64,000 bases of DNA from Desulfobacterales bacterium CG2_30_60_27 (lineage in GTDB: Bacteria > Desulfobacterota > Desulfobulbia > Desulfobulbales > CG2-30-60-27): assembly GCA_001873115.1 (NCBI GenBank), contig MNYK01000110.1, positions 23,118 to 87,117 on the forward strand, given 5' to 3'. How positions within the stretch are numbered: the first letter of the stretch is position 1; each line of letters opens with the position of its first letter. Made by a program: the position numbers and the translations under genes. The notes below the pieces were generated by a model, which worked only from the letters and a program-made list of their open reading frames with translations, made no database searches and had not been told where the DNA came from. Of this stretch, positions 8,933-16,870 are shown piece by piece.

Positions 8933-10903
8933 TTAGCCCTTCAAGATCTCCCGCACCTTCTCAATCAGTTCATTCGGGGCAAAGGGCTTCTGGATAAAGG
9001 GATAATCCTCGTCCAGCTTGATCCCGTGCTCGGCAATCATCCCGGCCGGGTAGCCGGACATGTATAGCACCTTAATGCCGCTCAGTGCCGCCCGCAGGCC
9101 ACGGGCCAGCGCGACGCCGTTCATGCCGGGCATGACCATGTCGGTAAGCAGAAGATCAATGACCACCTTGCCGTCGTTGCAGCAGGCCATCGCCTCCTCA
9201 CCGCTGGTCGCCTTGAGAACTTGGTAACCCAGCGGTTTCAGGGTGTCGACGATGAGGTTACACAGGGCGGTCTCATCATCCACCACCAGGATGGTGGCCT
9301 CGCCCCTGGCTGGCGGTAGCGCCCACCCCTGCAACGCCGTGGAGCCCTCGATCGCGTTCGCCTCGGAGGCCGGCAGATAGACAAAAAAGGTGCTGCCCTG
9401 TCGCGGGCGGCTGCTTACCCGGATGATACCATGGTGCTGCTCGACAATACCGAAAACCGTGGCCAGGCCGAGCCCCGTACCCTTGCCCTGCTCCTTGGTG
9501 GTAAAGAACGGCTCGAAGATATTCTCCTGCACCTCCGGGCTCATACCCACCCCGTTATCGCTCACCGAAAGCGCAACATACTGGCCCGCCGTGGTGTTGG
9601 CATAGGGACGGGTGAAGGCCTCATCGAGTTCCAGGTCCGCTGTTTCAATGACGAGCGCGCCGCCTTCGGGCATGGCGTCCCGGGCATTGATCGAGAGATT
9701 CATAACCACCTGTTCCAACTGCGACGGATCGGCCAGCACACTGGCCGAATGCTTGAGCCGGAGGGAAAACTTGATATCCTCGCCGATGAGCCGGACAAGC
9801 ATCTTGGACAGATTTTCCAGCAGCGGGCGCAGGTCAACCGGCTTCATTTCCGTATTCTGCTTGCGGCTGAAGGTCAGCAGATGCCTGACCAGGGCCGCGC
9901 CTTTTTCACCAGTGGTTTTGATGACCTCCAGGTTTTTCTGGACCAGCTCATACTGGCCCTTGGCAATTGTCAGGCGGGAGAGATCGGCATAGCCGATGAT
10001 GGTGGTCAGCAGGTTGTTGAAGTCATGGGCCACCCCGCCGGCCAACCGGCCGATGGACTCCATCTTCTGCGAGTGCAACAGCTTGGCCTGTAACTCTTTT
10101 TTTTCCTTTTCCCTGGCCATCCGCCGGGAGATATCCCGGAACACCACCACCGCGCCGATCACCGACTCATTCTCCACGATAGGCGTGGTGACATATTCAA
10201 CCGGGAAGCTGGTCGCGTCCTTGCGCCAGAATATTTCATCGGCGGTTGAAAAATCCTTGCCGGTCTTGATGGCTTTGAAGATGGGGCAGTCGGCCTTTTC
10301 GTATGGCGTGCCGTCTGGCCTGGTGTGGTGCAGCAGTTGATGAGGGCTCTGGCCGAGAAGCTCCCGCTCCTCATAACCGAAAAGCCGCGTGGCCGCGGGA
10401 TTGATAAAAGAAATGGTTTCCTTGTTGTCGATGCCGAACAGTCCTTCGCCGGCTGACTTCAGAATAAGCTCGTTATAGCGGTGCAGGCTTTGGATCGCCA
10501 GTTGAGACCGATGTCGCTCATCCACCTCTTGCCGCAGGTGCTGGTTCGACTCCTCCAGGGCTTCGGTTCGTTCCCGAAACTTATTTTCCAGATGGACGTA
10601 GGCTTCCTGCAACTCCTCCTCGGCCATGCGGCGACCATCGATCTCTTGCTCCATGGGACGCAGGGCGAGCCGTTTGAAGGTCAGCCACAACAACAGGCCA
10701 AGCACGGCGGTAAGAAACACCGTCCCGGCCATCATTGGCAGGGCTAGCCGGCGCCGCGGAAAATCGATAAAAGGGATGCGTTGGTGCAAGAAAACAATGA
10801 CGCTCTGGCCGACAAGGGCAAGCAGCAGCACCAGCAGAAAGATACAGGCCACCCGGTTGTACCAGGTGGCCCGCCACCAGGACAATTTTATTTTACCCAT
10901 CAT
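8933..10903 (-). CDS. Hybrid sensor histidine kinase (TM, coiled coil, PAS, HisKA, HATPase_c, C-terminal receiver)
   Basis: ORF 8933..11053. H-box [12 protein letters not shown]-boxes DNGVGM and GTGLGL, receiver ILVVDDE...[13 protein letters not shown]. Probable start is [10 protein letters not shown] (10903), just before the TM segments. Confidence 0.85.
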   Translation of the reverse strand: MMGKIKLSWWRATWYNRVACIFLLVLLLALVGQSVIVFLHQRIPFIDFPRRRLALPMMAGTVFLTAVLGLLLWLTFKRLALRPMEQEIDGRRMAEEELQEAYVHLENKFRERTEALEESNQHLRQEVDERHRSQLAIQSLHRYNELILKSAGEGLFGIDNKETISFINPAATRLFGYEERELLGQSPHQLLHHTRPDGTPYEKADCPIFKAIKTGKDFSTADEIFWRKDATSFPVEYVTTPIVENESVIGAVVVFRDISRRMAREKEKKELQAKLLHSQKMESIGRLAGGVAHDFNNLLTTIIGYADLSRLTIAKGQYELVQKNLEVIKTTGEKGAALVRHLLTFSRKQNTEMKPVDLRPLLENLSKMLVRLIGEDIKFSLRLKHSASVLADPSQLEQVVMNLSINARDAMPEGGALVIETADLELDEAFTRPYANTTAGQYVALSVSDNGVGMSPEVQENIFEPFFTTKEQGKGTGLGLATVFGIVEQHHGIIRVSSRPRQGSTFFVYLPASEANAIEGSTALQGWALPPARGEATILVVDDETALCNLIVDTLKPLGYQVLKATSGEEAMACCNDGKVVIDLLLTDMVMPGMNGVALARGLRAALSGIKVLYMSGYPAGMIAEHGIKLDEDYPFIQKPFAPNELIEKVREILKG

Positions 10904-11271
10904 GCGCACCTGCCCGCCGGCCTTGCGTCGCCAGAATGCGCGGGGCTGGGCCTGGTCTGAAAAAGCCGGCGCGGCCAATTCCCGCAAGACGCGAGGCCTG
11001 ATCATAGTCGAAAAACGCCGCCGACAGGATGGTTCCGGGACAGATCTCAACACTTATCATCGTGGCACTTCCCCGTGTCTTCTCCAACTTGGCACGGCGA
11101 CCGCCTGGCTTTGGCGTGCATTGTAACAGAACAATACAAAAATACAAATAATTATCAGGCGGTTTTCTGCTGCGTTCCCGGCAGAACGGCTGGCATTTTT
11201 TTTTCGCAAACCAGGTCTCTATATGGTAGAGAAGGTCATCATGGTTTCCTCTAAAAAAATAGGCCTACCCA

Positions 11272-12054
11272 GTGCATAACGACCTTTTCACCCTTGTCAA
11301 GGAGGCCAGAAATTTTCTGGCCTATCACCACCGCCTGGGGATCACGAGCTACCCGGCCGGGGATGCGCTGCTGGCCTTTCTTCGCCCCACGGCCCGGCCG
11401 GAGAGGCCGGCCGCGGCGCCGCCAGGACCGCCACTCGGACCAGCCAGGCAAACCACCCCGGCCGCTCCCCTGGTCCCCGTGCCCTCGACCGAGTCGGCGC
11501 TGCCGGCCGGCTATCTCACAACCGTGCGGGCCGGGCTGGGGGGTTGCACCCGTTGCCACCTCCATGAAAAACGCCAAAACCTGGTCTTCGGGGAGGGGAA
11601 CCCGCATCCCCTGCTCATGGTGATCGGCGACTGGCCGGGCAGTGAAGACGCCCGCACCGGCCGTCCCTTTCAGGGGCAAGATGGCGAGATGCTCACCAAG
11701 ATGTTCAAGGCCATCGATTTGCAACGGGAAGAGGTCTATGTTACCACCCTGGTGAAATGCCAGCCGCCGGCTGGCCGTCCGCCAACCAGAGACGAGATCG
11801 CCGCCTGCCTGCCCTTTCTGTTGCAGCAGATCGTCGCTCTTGCCCCCCGGGTAATCTGTGCCATGGGTTCCCTGGCCACCCAAACCCTTCTGGTCACGGA
11901 TCAACCCCTCACGCGGCTTCGGGGTGGTTTTCACGATTGTCACGGGGTGGCGCTCATGCCTACCTTTCACCCCCGCTTTCTGCATGAACATCCGGAGATG
12001 AAGAAAGCCACCTGGCAGGATCTTCTCATGATCAGAAAAAAACTGGTACCCTGA
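11272..12054 (+). CDS. udg: Uracil-DNA glycosylase, family 4
   Basis: GEGNPHPLLMVIGDWPGSEDARTGRPFQG and VYVTTLVKCQPP motifs typical of family-4 UDG. The N-terminal Pro/Ala-rich extension is less certain. Confidence 0.8.
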   Translation: MHNDLFTLVKEARNFLAYHHRLGITSYPAGDALLAFLRPTARPERPAAAPPGPPLGPARQTTPAAPLVPVPSTESALPAGYLTTVRAGLGGCTRCHLHEKRQNLVFGEGNPHPLLMVIGDWPGSEDARTGRPFQGQDGEMLTKMFKAIDLQREEVYVTTLVKCQPPAGRPPTRDEIAACLPFLLQQIVALAPRVICAMGSLATQTLLVTDQPLTRLRGGFHDCHGVALMPTFHPRFLHEHPEMKKATWQDLLMIRKKLVP

Positions 12055-12211
12055 GCCTCTTGCAAAAGTCGTCACCCCGGCGAAGGCCGGGGTCCAGATT
12101 TGACACAACATCCCTAAATTACTGGATTCCGGCTTTTCCCCGTCAAGCGGGGACTGAAAAGAGCGCCGGAATGACGGCAAGTGCACGAGATAGGACTTTT
12201 GCAAGAGGCTC
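12053..12211. mobile_element. Family-C MITE-like element with perfect 18-bp TIR (GAGCCTCTTGCAAAAGTC)
   Basis: Perfect inverted termini at 12053-12070 and 12194-12211. The interior carries CCGGCGAAGGCCGG and ATTCCGGC...GCCGGAAT hairpins, whose spurious translation reads WTPAFAGVTT. It overlaps the udg stop codon. Confidence 0.7.
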
Positions 12212-12218
12212 CCCTGTA

Positions 12219-12344
12219 CTAGGGTTTATCCGTAAATAGTTTCCATCCGGCCTTCAGACATCTCCTGATCACGGCCTGAAAAGTATCCCAGTTGGTGGTG
12301 GCGAGAGCCCCCTGTTTGGCGAAAGCCAGTTCCCGGTTGTCCAT
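12219..12344 (-). CDS. Small ORF (41 aa, MDNRELAFAKQGALATTNWDTFQAVIRRCLKAGWKLFTDKP) downstream of the cobalamin riboswitch; possibly the truncated 5' remnant of the original regulated gene
   Basis: Below the ORF-track cutoff and translated by hand. GGAGGG lies 5 nt upstream of the ATG at 12344. It ends 8 bp before the family-C MITE. No recognisable domain. Confidence 0.3.
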   Translation of the reverse strand: MDNRELAFAKQGALATTNWDTFQAVIRRCLKAGWKLFTDKP

Positions 12345-12379
12345 ACAAACCCTCCATCGGCAAGAATGAAGGTTTGGGG

Positions 12380-12422
12380 CAAAAAAATATCCCAAACCGA
12401 TTTAAAAAACGGTCTGGGATAT
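12380..12422 (-). terminator. Intrinsic terminator / riboswitch expression platform
   Basis: 13-bp stem ATATCCCAGACCG / CGGTTTGGGATAT with one mismatch, followed on the minus strand by UUUUUUU (plus-strand A-run 12381-12387). Confidence 0.6.
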
Positions 12423-12482
12423 CCCTGTTTATCCCGAGCACCAGACAATCGCCTGCCTTTTCCACGAGGCTTGACGATCAGG

Positions 12483-12656
12483 ATATTCAGGCAGGTATTC
12501 TGACTCCCTCTCCTCTTGACGGCCTTCCCGTCCCGTGGCAGAAAAGTGTCAAAAGGTTCCCCTTTCTCATGAGCTAAAAGGGGGAGAGGTTACAGCGGCG
12601 GGTCCGTTCCCGGTTTGCACGGGATTCCCTGTTACGTCGCAAGGACACCTGAATAT
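12483..12656 (-). promoter_or_regulatory. Cobalamin (B12) riboswitch aptamer
   Basis: Minus-strand RNA carries the core AACAGGGAAUCCCGUGCAAACCGGGAACGGACCCGCCGCUGUAACC, the B12-box variant UGCCACGGGACGGGAAGGC and the 3' element GAGUCAGAAUACCUGCC. It is closed by a perfect P1 helix AUAUUCAGG / CCUGAAUAU. Confidence 0.85.
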
Positions 12657-12663
12657 TAAAAAA

Positions 12664-12692
12664 ATCATACAGGGAAAGAGCGGCAGCGGCAA
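12664..12692 (-). promoter_or_regulatory. Sigma-70-type promoter for the riboswitch transcript
   Basis: Minus strand reads TTGCCG - 17 nt - TATGAT. The predicted start falls about 7 nt downstream, at the 5' side of the riboswitch P1 helix. Confidence 0.5.
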
Positions 12693-12722
12693 TGGAAAAG
12701 CATGGGAATATCTTAGCAAGCG

Positions 12723-12802
12723 GTAACTATCCAGCGGCACCGCCACCCGGGTGAGTTCCCGGGCTGGCAATGCTTAAATGCCGACACAAGCTGGATAGTT
12801 AC
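12723..12802. mobile_element. Family-A MITE, 80-bp form, inverted orientation
   Basis: GTAACTATCCAGC...GCTGGATAGTTAC termini. Flanking 8-mers are AGCAAGCG and AGCAAGTG (7/8 identical). Confidence 0.8.
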
Positions 12803-12821
12803 AGCAAGTGCAATTTAGCAC

Positions 12822-13355
12822 TTACTGCGAGTCATGCGTGGCGTCATAGCTGGCCGCGATCAGGGCATCGGCAAGCCGGTATTGCTCTTCATCCGGTTTC
12901 GTCAGGGCAAGCACCCTCTCGAAGCAGGCCCGCGCCTCCTTGTTTTTCCGAAAACCTTCCAGGAGAATCTGGCCTTTCAGGCTGAGGGCGTTGGTAAAAT
13001 CCGGCGCCGCCTGCAATAGGGCGTTCGCGGTTTGCAGGGCAACCTCAAAATCCCCGGCCGCCATAAGACAGGCGATCCGCTGTATGGCTTTGGCATGTTT
13101 CAGATTGAGGCTGAGCTGCGTTTCCTTGCCCAGCCCCACCAGGATGAGGATGTCATTAAGGTCGTGGGTTACCACGATGATGATGAGACTGATGCCGGTA
13201 CTGTAGATCAGCGGGTTGACAAGACCGCAGACGAGAAAGGCGTCATTGCAGACCCCGTAAACCCCGCCAACCACCAAAAAAGGCACAAAAAGCCAGATGA
13301 AATATCTAACAAAATCCCCGGCAATGGTCAGATCGCGGCCTGGTTTGATGGGCAT
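12822..13355 (-). CDS. Hypothetical membrane protein with C-terminal TPR-like domain
   Basis: Two or three N-terminal hydrophobic helices, then a helical repeat region (ALQTANALLQAAPDFTNALSLKGQILLE). No catalytic motif. Confidence 0.55.
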   Translation of the reverse strand: MPIKPGRDLTIAGDFVRYFIWLFVPFLVVGGVYGVCNDAFLVCGLVNPLIYSTGISLIIIVVTHDLNDILILVGLGKETQLSLNLKHAKAIQRIACLMAAGDFEVALQTANALLQAAPDFTNALSLKGQILLEGFRKNKEARACFERVLALTKPDEEQYRLADALIAASYDATHDSQ

Positions 13356-13402
13356 GTAACCTCCGGATGCGGGGGGCGGCGGTTTGATGCAGGCGCCCCT
13401 GC

Positions 13403-14095
13403 TTATCTCCCCTCATAGCCCGGGTCAATCGGCAACCCCTGCCGCTGGGCCTCGGCCACTGCCAATTCATCGCAACGTTCGTTCATGGGATGGCCGGCAT
13501 GGCCTTTCACCCATTTGAAGGTGATATCGAGTCCAGCCACCAGATCCAGCAGTTCGGCCCAGAGATCGGCATTGAGGGCCGGCTGTCGGTCTGATTTGAT
13601 CCAGCCCTTCCGCCGCCAGTTTCTGGCCCATCCCTTGGTGATGCCGTTCACCACATAGCTGGAATCGGAATAGAGCGTAACCTTTTTATCCCGGTACTCC
13701 AAGGTGCGCAGGGCCATCAGGCAGCCCATGAGTTCCATGCGATTGTTGGTGGTCAGCCGAAAGCCGCCGGAGCGTTCATGGCGTTCGCCATTATAAAGCT
13801 GCACCACCCCATAGCCTCCGGGGCCCGGGTTGTAGCGGGCCCCGCCGTCGGTGTAGATCGTCACCTCGCCTGATTTGGGCAAGATATCGGTGCGGGCGGG
13901 TGCGGGCGGGCGCAACCGTTTGCCGGCGCCGGTATCTGAATGCGGCTCTGCCAGCCAGCGTTCCGCCTCTGCCTTGGTGGCAAACCCTTTGAACCTGGCG
14001 TGCGGAAAGCCCCGTACCTGGGCATGGGCAAAGGGCCAATTTTCGTAAATCCCCGGCTTTCGGCCTACAGCAATGGCGTAGAATTTCTTCGGCAA
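13403..14095 (-). CDS. rnhA: Ribonuclease HI with N-terminal RNA/DNA hybrid-binding domain
   Basis: N-terminal FYAIAVGRKPGIYENW...FKGFATKAEAERW (HBD/Cauli_VI type). RNase H core IYTDGG...ELMGCLMAL...LYSDSSYV...WVKGHAGHPMNERCDELA. Confidence 0.9.
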   Translation of the reverse strand: MPKKFYAIAVGRKPGIYENWPFAHAQVRGFPHARFKGFATKAEAERWLAEPHSDTGAGKRLRPPAPARTDILPKSGEVTIYTDGGARYNPGPGGYGVVQLYNGERHERSGGFRLTTNNRMELMGCLMALRTLEYRDKKVTLYSDSSYVVNGITKGWARNWRRKGWIKSDRQPALNADLWAELLDLVAGLDITFKWVKGHAGHPMNERCDELAVAEAQRQGLPIDPGYEGR

Positions 14096-14287
14096 TCTCC
14101 TGGATCCCCCCCATTTTTTTAAGCTTACATTCTACCCCCTGGCCATACCCGGAGCAAGGCCGACCTGATGCCAACAGGCCAACCTGATGCCAGTCGCCGG
14201 GACACCACCTCTAATCAGCAACCATGTCAGCGATGATGCGGGTATCTGTAAAAAGCTTTCGTCAACAACCAGGGTCGCAGGCATGCT

Positions 14288-14914
14288 TCACCTGCCTTGC
14301 GCCAACAATGGCGGCAGGGCGGCGGCAATCTCCCGGGCGAGATGCGAGATCGCCTGACTTAAGGCGACAGTCATTGACTCCTGGTCCTGGGCGGTGGCGG
14401 TCAGATTGAAGCTGCTGCGTTTTTCCGGCAGGAGCACCAGACCATCTTTGCCTGTAACCTGCCAGCGGGCGATCAGGTTCGCCGTGCCGTTGGGCCCGCC
14501 TTCGAACTGTAAGACCTCAACCCGGATCTGGCAGTCGATGGTTCGTCCGCGTGTCCAGGGGTAGGGCAGGATGCGATCCGTGCCGAGCAACGCCGAGAGG
14601 TCTTCGGCAAGGACCCGTGGCAGGTTTTCGGCCAAGGGTTCGGCCCAACGCTGGCGGTCCGAGAGGCTCAGGCGGTTCGCGGAAGTCCTGCTGACAATCT
14701 GCGGTCTTACCAGATATTCCGGCAGAGATACCGGGCCAAGCCCGATGGTGGCTTCCTTGGACACGGCAAACTCGGCAGGAGCGCCAACCTCGCGCATTGC
14801 CGAAAGCTGATAGTATTGGACCGGTATGGAACGGGCGCAGCCGGTCAGCAGGACGGCCAGCGCCAACGCCAGGGAAAGGCGCTCTTTTATCGGGCGGCAA
14901 TGGCTATGGTTCAT
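14288..14914 (-). CDS. ABC-transport auxiliary lipoprotein (PqiC/YmbA, DUF330-like)
   Basis: Lipobox LLTGC, about 200 aa, and translationally coupled downstream of an MCE protein (4-nt overlap). Confidence 0.7.
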   Translation of the reverse strand: MNHSHCRPIKERLSLALALAVLLTGCARSIPVQYYQLSAMREVGAPAEFAVSKEATIGLGPVSLPEYLVRPQIVSRTSANRLSLSDRQRWAEPLAENLPRVLAEDLSALLGTDRILPYPWTRGRTIDCQIRVEVLQFEGGPNGTANLIARWQVTGKDGLVLLPEKRSSFNLTATAQDQESMTVALSQAISHLAREIAAALPPLLAQGR

Positions 14915-15948
14915 TGATTGGCCTCATGAAGTTTGCTTCTTAGAATTGCTTCCGGTTGCTGCTCCAGGGTTTCCGACAGCAGGCGCAAAGCGCGGGCGGC
15001 CCGGACAACCTCCTGCAAGGCTGCATTTAGATGTTGAGTGGTTGGGGATTCTTCTTCGGTTAAATAATGGATAGCCTGGGCAGCGGATGCCAGTTCTCGA
15101 CTTGCCTGGCTCACATTCCTGAACATTTCCGAGTCGGGATCAGCCAGCACCCCGACTTTGTCGGCCGCGGTTTTCACCTGCGCCGCAGCCCCGTCAATCT
15201 GGCTGGCGGCGGTCCGCACGGTGGTCAAGGTCTTGTTCAAGGCATCGAGATTGGCCTGCATCCCTTGCAAAATGGGCGGGCCGGCGGCATCAATCTTTGC
15301 TGACAGCGATTGCAGATGTCGCAGGGTCTTTTCAAGAAGCAGGGGCAGTTCCCTGGTCGTCTCCGAGGCGAGGATTTTGTTGACTGATTCGCCGATGGCC
15401 GCCAGGTCGTGCAAGAATTTTTCCATGGGAAATCCCTCCAGCTTCGAGGATATTTCCTCGGTTGTGCTCGGGATGGTCGGGATCTCGCTGAGCTCCGGGT
15501 CCGAGGCAAAGAATTTGGCGGCTTTGCCGGGGAAAAAATCAAGATCGACGTAGAGCTGGCCGGTCAAGAAACTCTGGATGCGGAGCCTGGCCCGCAGTCC
15601 GCGGCCCACCAGTTGTTTGATGGTCTGGCGGTCCTGCAAGTCGATCTGTTCGCCACTGCGTGACTGGACGACCGAGGACTCGACCTCGATGGTGACCGGC
15701 ACCAGAAAACGCCTGGTTTCTTCATCTAGCCCAAGCTGGATGCGCTTGACGGTACCCACCGTAACGCCCAGGAAGACCACCGGTGCCCCCACTTGCAGCC
15801 CCTGGGCCGCTCCTTCAAAATACATGATGTGCTGGCGCTTCTCGCGGAACCACTGGCCGCCGCCCAAGAGCAGGACAGTAACGACCCCGAGGGTGACGGC
15901 GCCAAGGACAAAGACACCGATGAGCGTTGGATTGGCGCGCTTGCTCAT
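14911..15948 (-). CDS. MlaD/MCE-family protein with coiled-coil C-terminus
   Basis: N-terminal TM segment, MCE core GLQVGAPVVFLGVTVGTVKRI and a long helical tail. Overlaps the flanking genes by 4 nt. Confidence 0.8.
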   Translation of the reverse strand: MSKRANPTLIGVFVLGAVTLGVVTVLLLGGGQWFREKRQHIMYFEGAAQGLQVGAPVVFLGVTVGTVKRIQLGLDEETRRFLVPVTIEVESSVVQSRSGEQIDLQDRQTIKQLVGRGLRARLRIQSFLTGQLYVDLDFFPGKAAKFFASDPELSEIPTIPSTTEEISSKLEGFPMEKFLHDLAAIGESVNKILASETTRELPLLLEKTLRHLQSLSAKIDAAGPPILQGMQANLDALNKTLTTVRTAASQIDGAAAQVKTAADKVGVLADPDSEMFRNVSQASRELASAAQAIHYLTEEESPTTQHLNAALQEVVRAARALRLLSETLEQQPEAILRSKLHEANQ

Positions 15949-16694
15949 GCCTCACCCCTGGTCAGGAAATGGCGCACCCTGGGATCGCCCGATTTGAGCG
16001 CCTCCCTTGGGTTGCCGGTGGCGATCATGGTGCGGGTCTCGTTATCCAGAAAGACTGAGTTGCTGCCGATATTCAGGATGCTCGCCAACTCGTGGGTGAC
16101 GACGACAATCGTGGTCCCGAGACTGTCGCGCAGTTCGAGAATCAAATCGTCCAGGCGGCGAGCGGTCAGGGGATCGAGCCCGGCCGAGGGTTCGTCGATA
16201 ACCATAATTTCCGGATCAAGGGCCATGGCCCGCGCCAGACCGGCCCTTTTTTTCATGCCGCCAGAGAGTTCCACGGGATAGAATTCCTCAAATCCGGCCA
16301 GACCCACCAAGGCAAGTTTGAAGGAGACGAGCTCGTCAATCCGGCGGGGCGGCAGGGTAGAGTATTCGATTAAGGGCAGGGCCACGTTTTCGGCAAGCGT
16401 CAAGGAGCTCCACAATGCGCCGCTCTGGAACATGATTCCCAGTCGGCGCTTCAAGCGTTCCTGGTCCTCCTGGGGCACGTTCCAGAAATCTTCACCGCTG
16501 TAAAAGATCGTGCCCGCCGTCGGACGTTGCAGGCCGACCAAGGCCCGCATCAATGTGGTTTTACCGCAACCGTTGCCACCCATGATGACGAAGATGTCCC
16601 CCTTATTAATGACGCAATTAAGGTCGTGTTGCACGACAAAATCACCATAGCCCATGGTCAGATTATCAATTTTGATATGGGGTTCGTTTGTCAT
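15945..16694 (-). CDS. ABC transporter ATP-binding protein (MlaF-like)
   Basis: Walker A GGNGCGKTT, signature LSGGMKKR, Walker B IMVIDEPSAGLD. Confidence 0.9.
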   Translation of the reverse strand: MTNEPHIKIDNLTMGYGDFVVQHDLNCVINKGDIFVIMGGNGCGKTTLMRALVGLQRPTAGTIFYSGEDFWNVPQEDQERLKRRLGIMFQSGALWSSLTLAENVALPLIEYSTLPPRRIDELVSFKLALVGLAGFEEFYPVELSGGMKKRAGLARAMALDPEIMVIDEPSAGLDPLTARRLDDLILELRDSLGTTIVVVTHELASILNIGSNSVFLDNETRTMIATGNPREALKSGDPRVRHFLTRGEA

Positions 16695-16706
16695 GATTTC
16701 TTCAAT

Positions 16707-16865
16707 AGGTGGACAGTCTGTAGAAAAGTATTAAGCAAATATCGAATATCGAACACAGAATGTCGAATCATGAAGTTTTGTTTCGGGCCGTGATTGCTGA
16801 TTTTTGTCTTTGGCAATCGCAGCAGGCGGCGGGCAGCGCTATAGTCTAACCAGCCAAGCAACCTC
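16707..16865. repeat. Degenerate family-B-like element inside the Mla-type operon
   Basis: Begins AGGTGGACAGTCTGTAG (compare AGGTGGATAGACTGTAG at 29357) and ends CTATAGTCTAACCAGCCAAGCAACCT (compare CTACAGTCTAGACAACCT). AT-richer interior. No intact GTAAC termini. Confidence 0.45.
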
Positions 16866-16870
16866 ATCCC

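Noticed and set aside
10543-10553. GGTTCGACTCC, which resembles a tRNA T-arm/T-loop.
   Set aside because: It lies inside the coding region of the hybrid histidine kinase, and I could not build flanking acceptor, D or anticodon stems. I saw no other T-loop-like sequence with a cloverleaf context in the window.
11088-11103. TTGGCACGGCGACCGCC upstream of udg as a possible -24/-12 promoter.
   Set aside because: The -24 half is good, but the -12 element is CCGC rather than TTGC. No EBP context exists for udg, so this is likely a chance match in GC-rich DNA.
12226-12465. A 79-aa ORF (GTG start) on the minus strand in the udg-proximal intergenic region.
   Set aside because: It starts inside the 3' part of the region just downstream of the cobalamin aptamer, reads straight through the terminator hairpin and has no RBS. 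The alternative 41-aa frame with an RBS downstream of the terminator is more plausible, but still weak.
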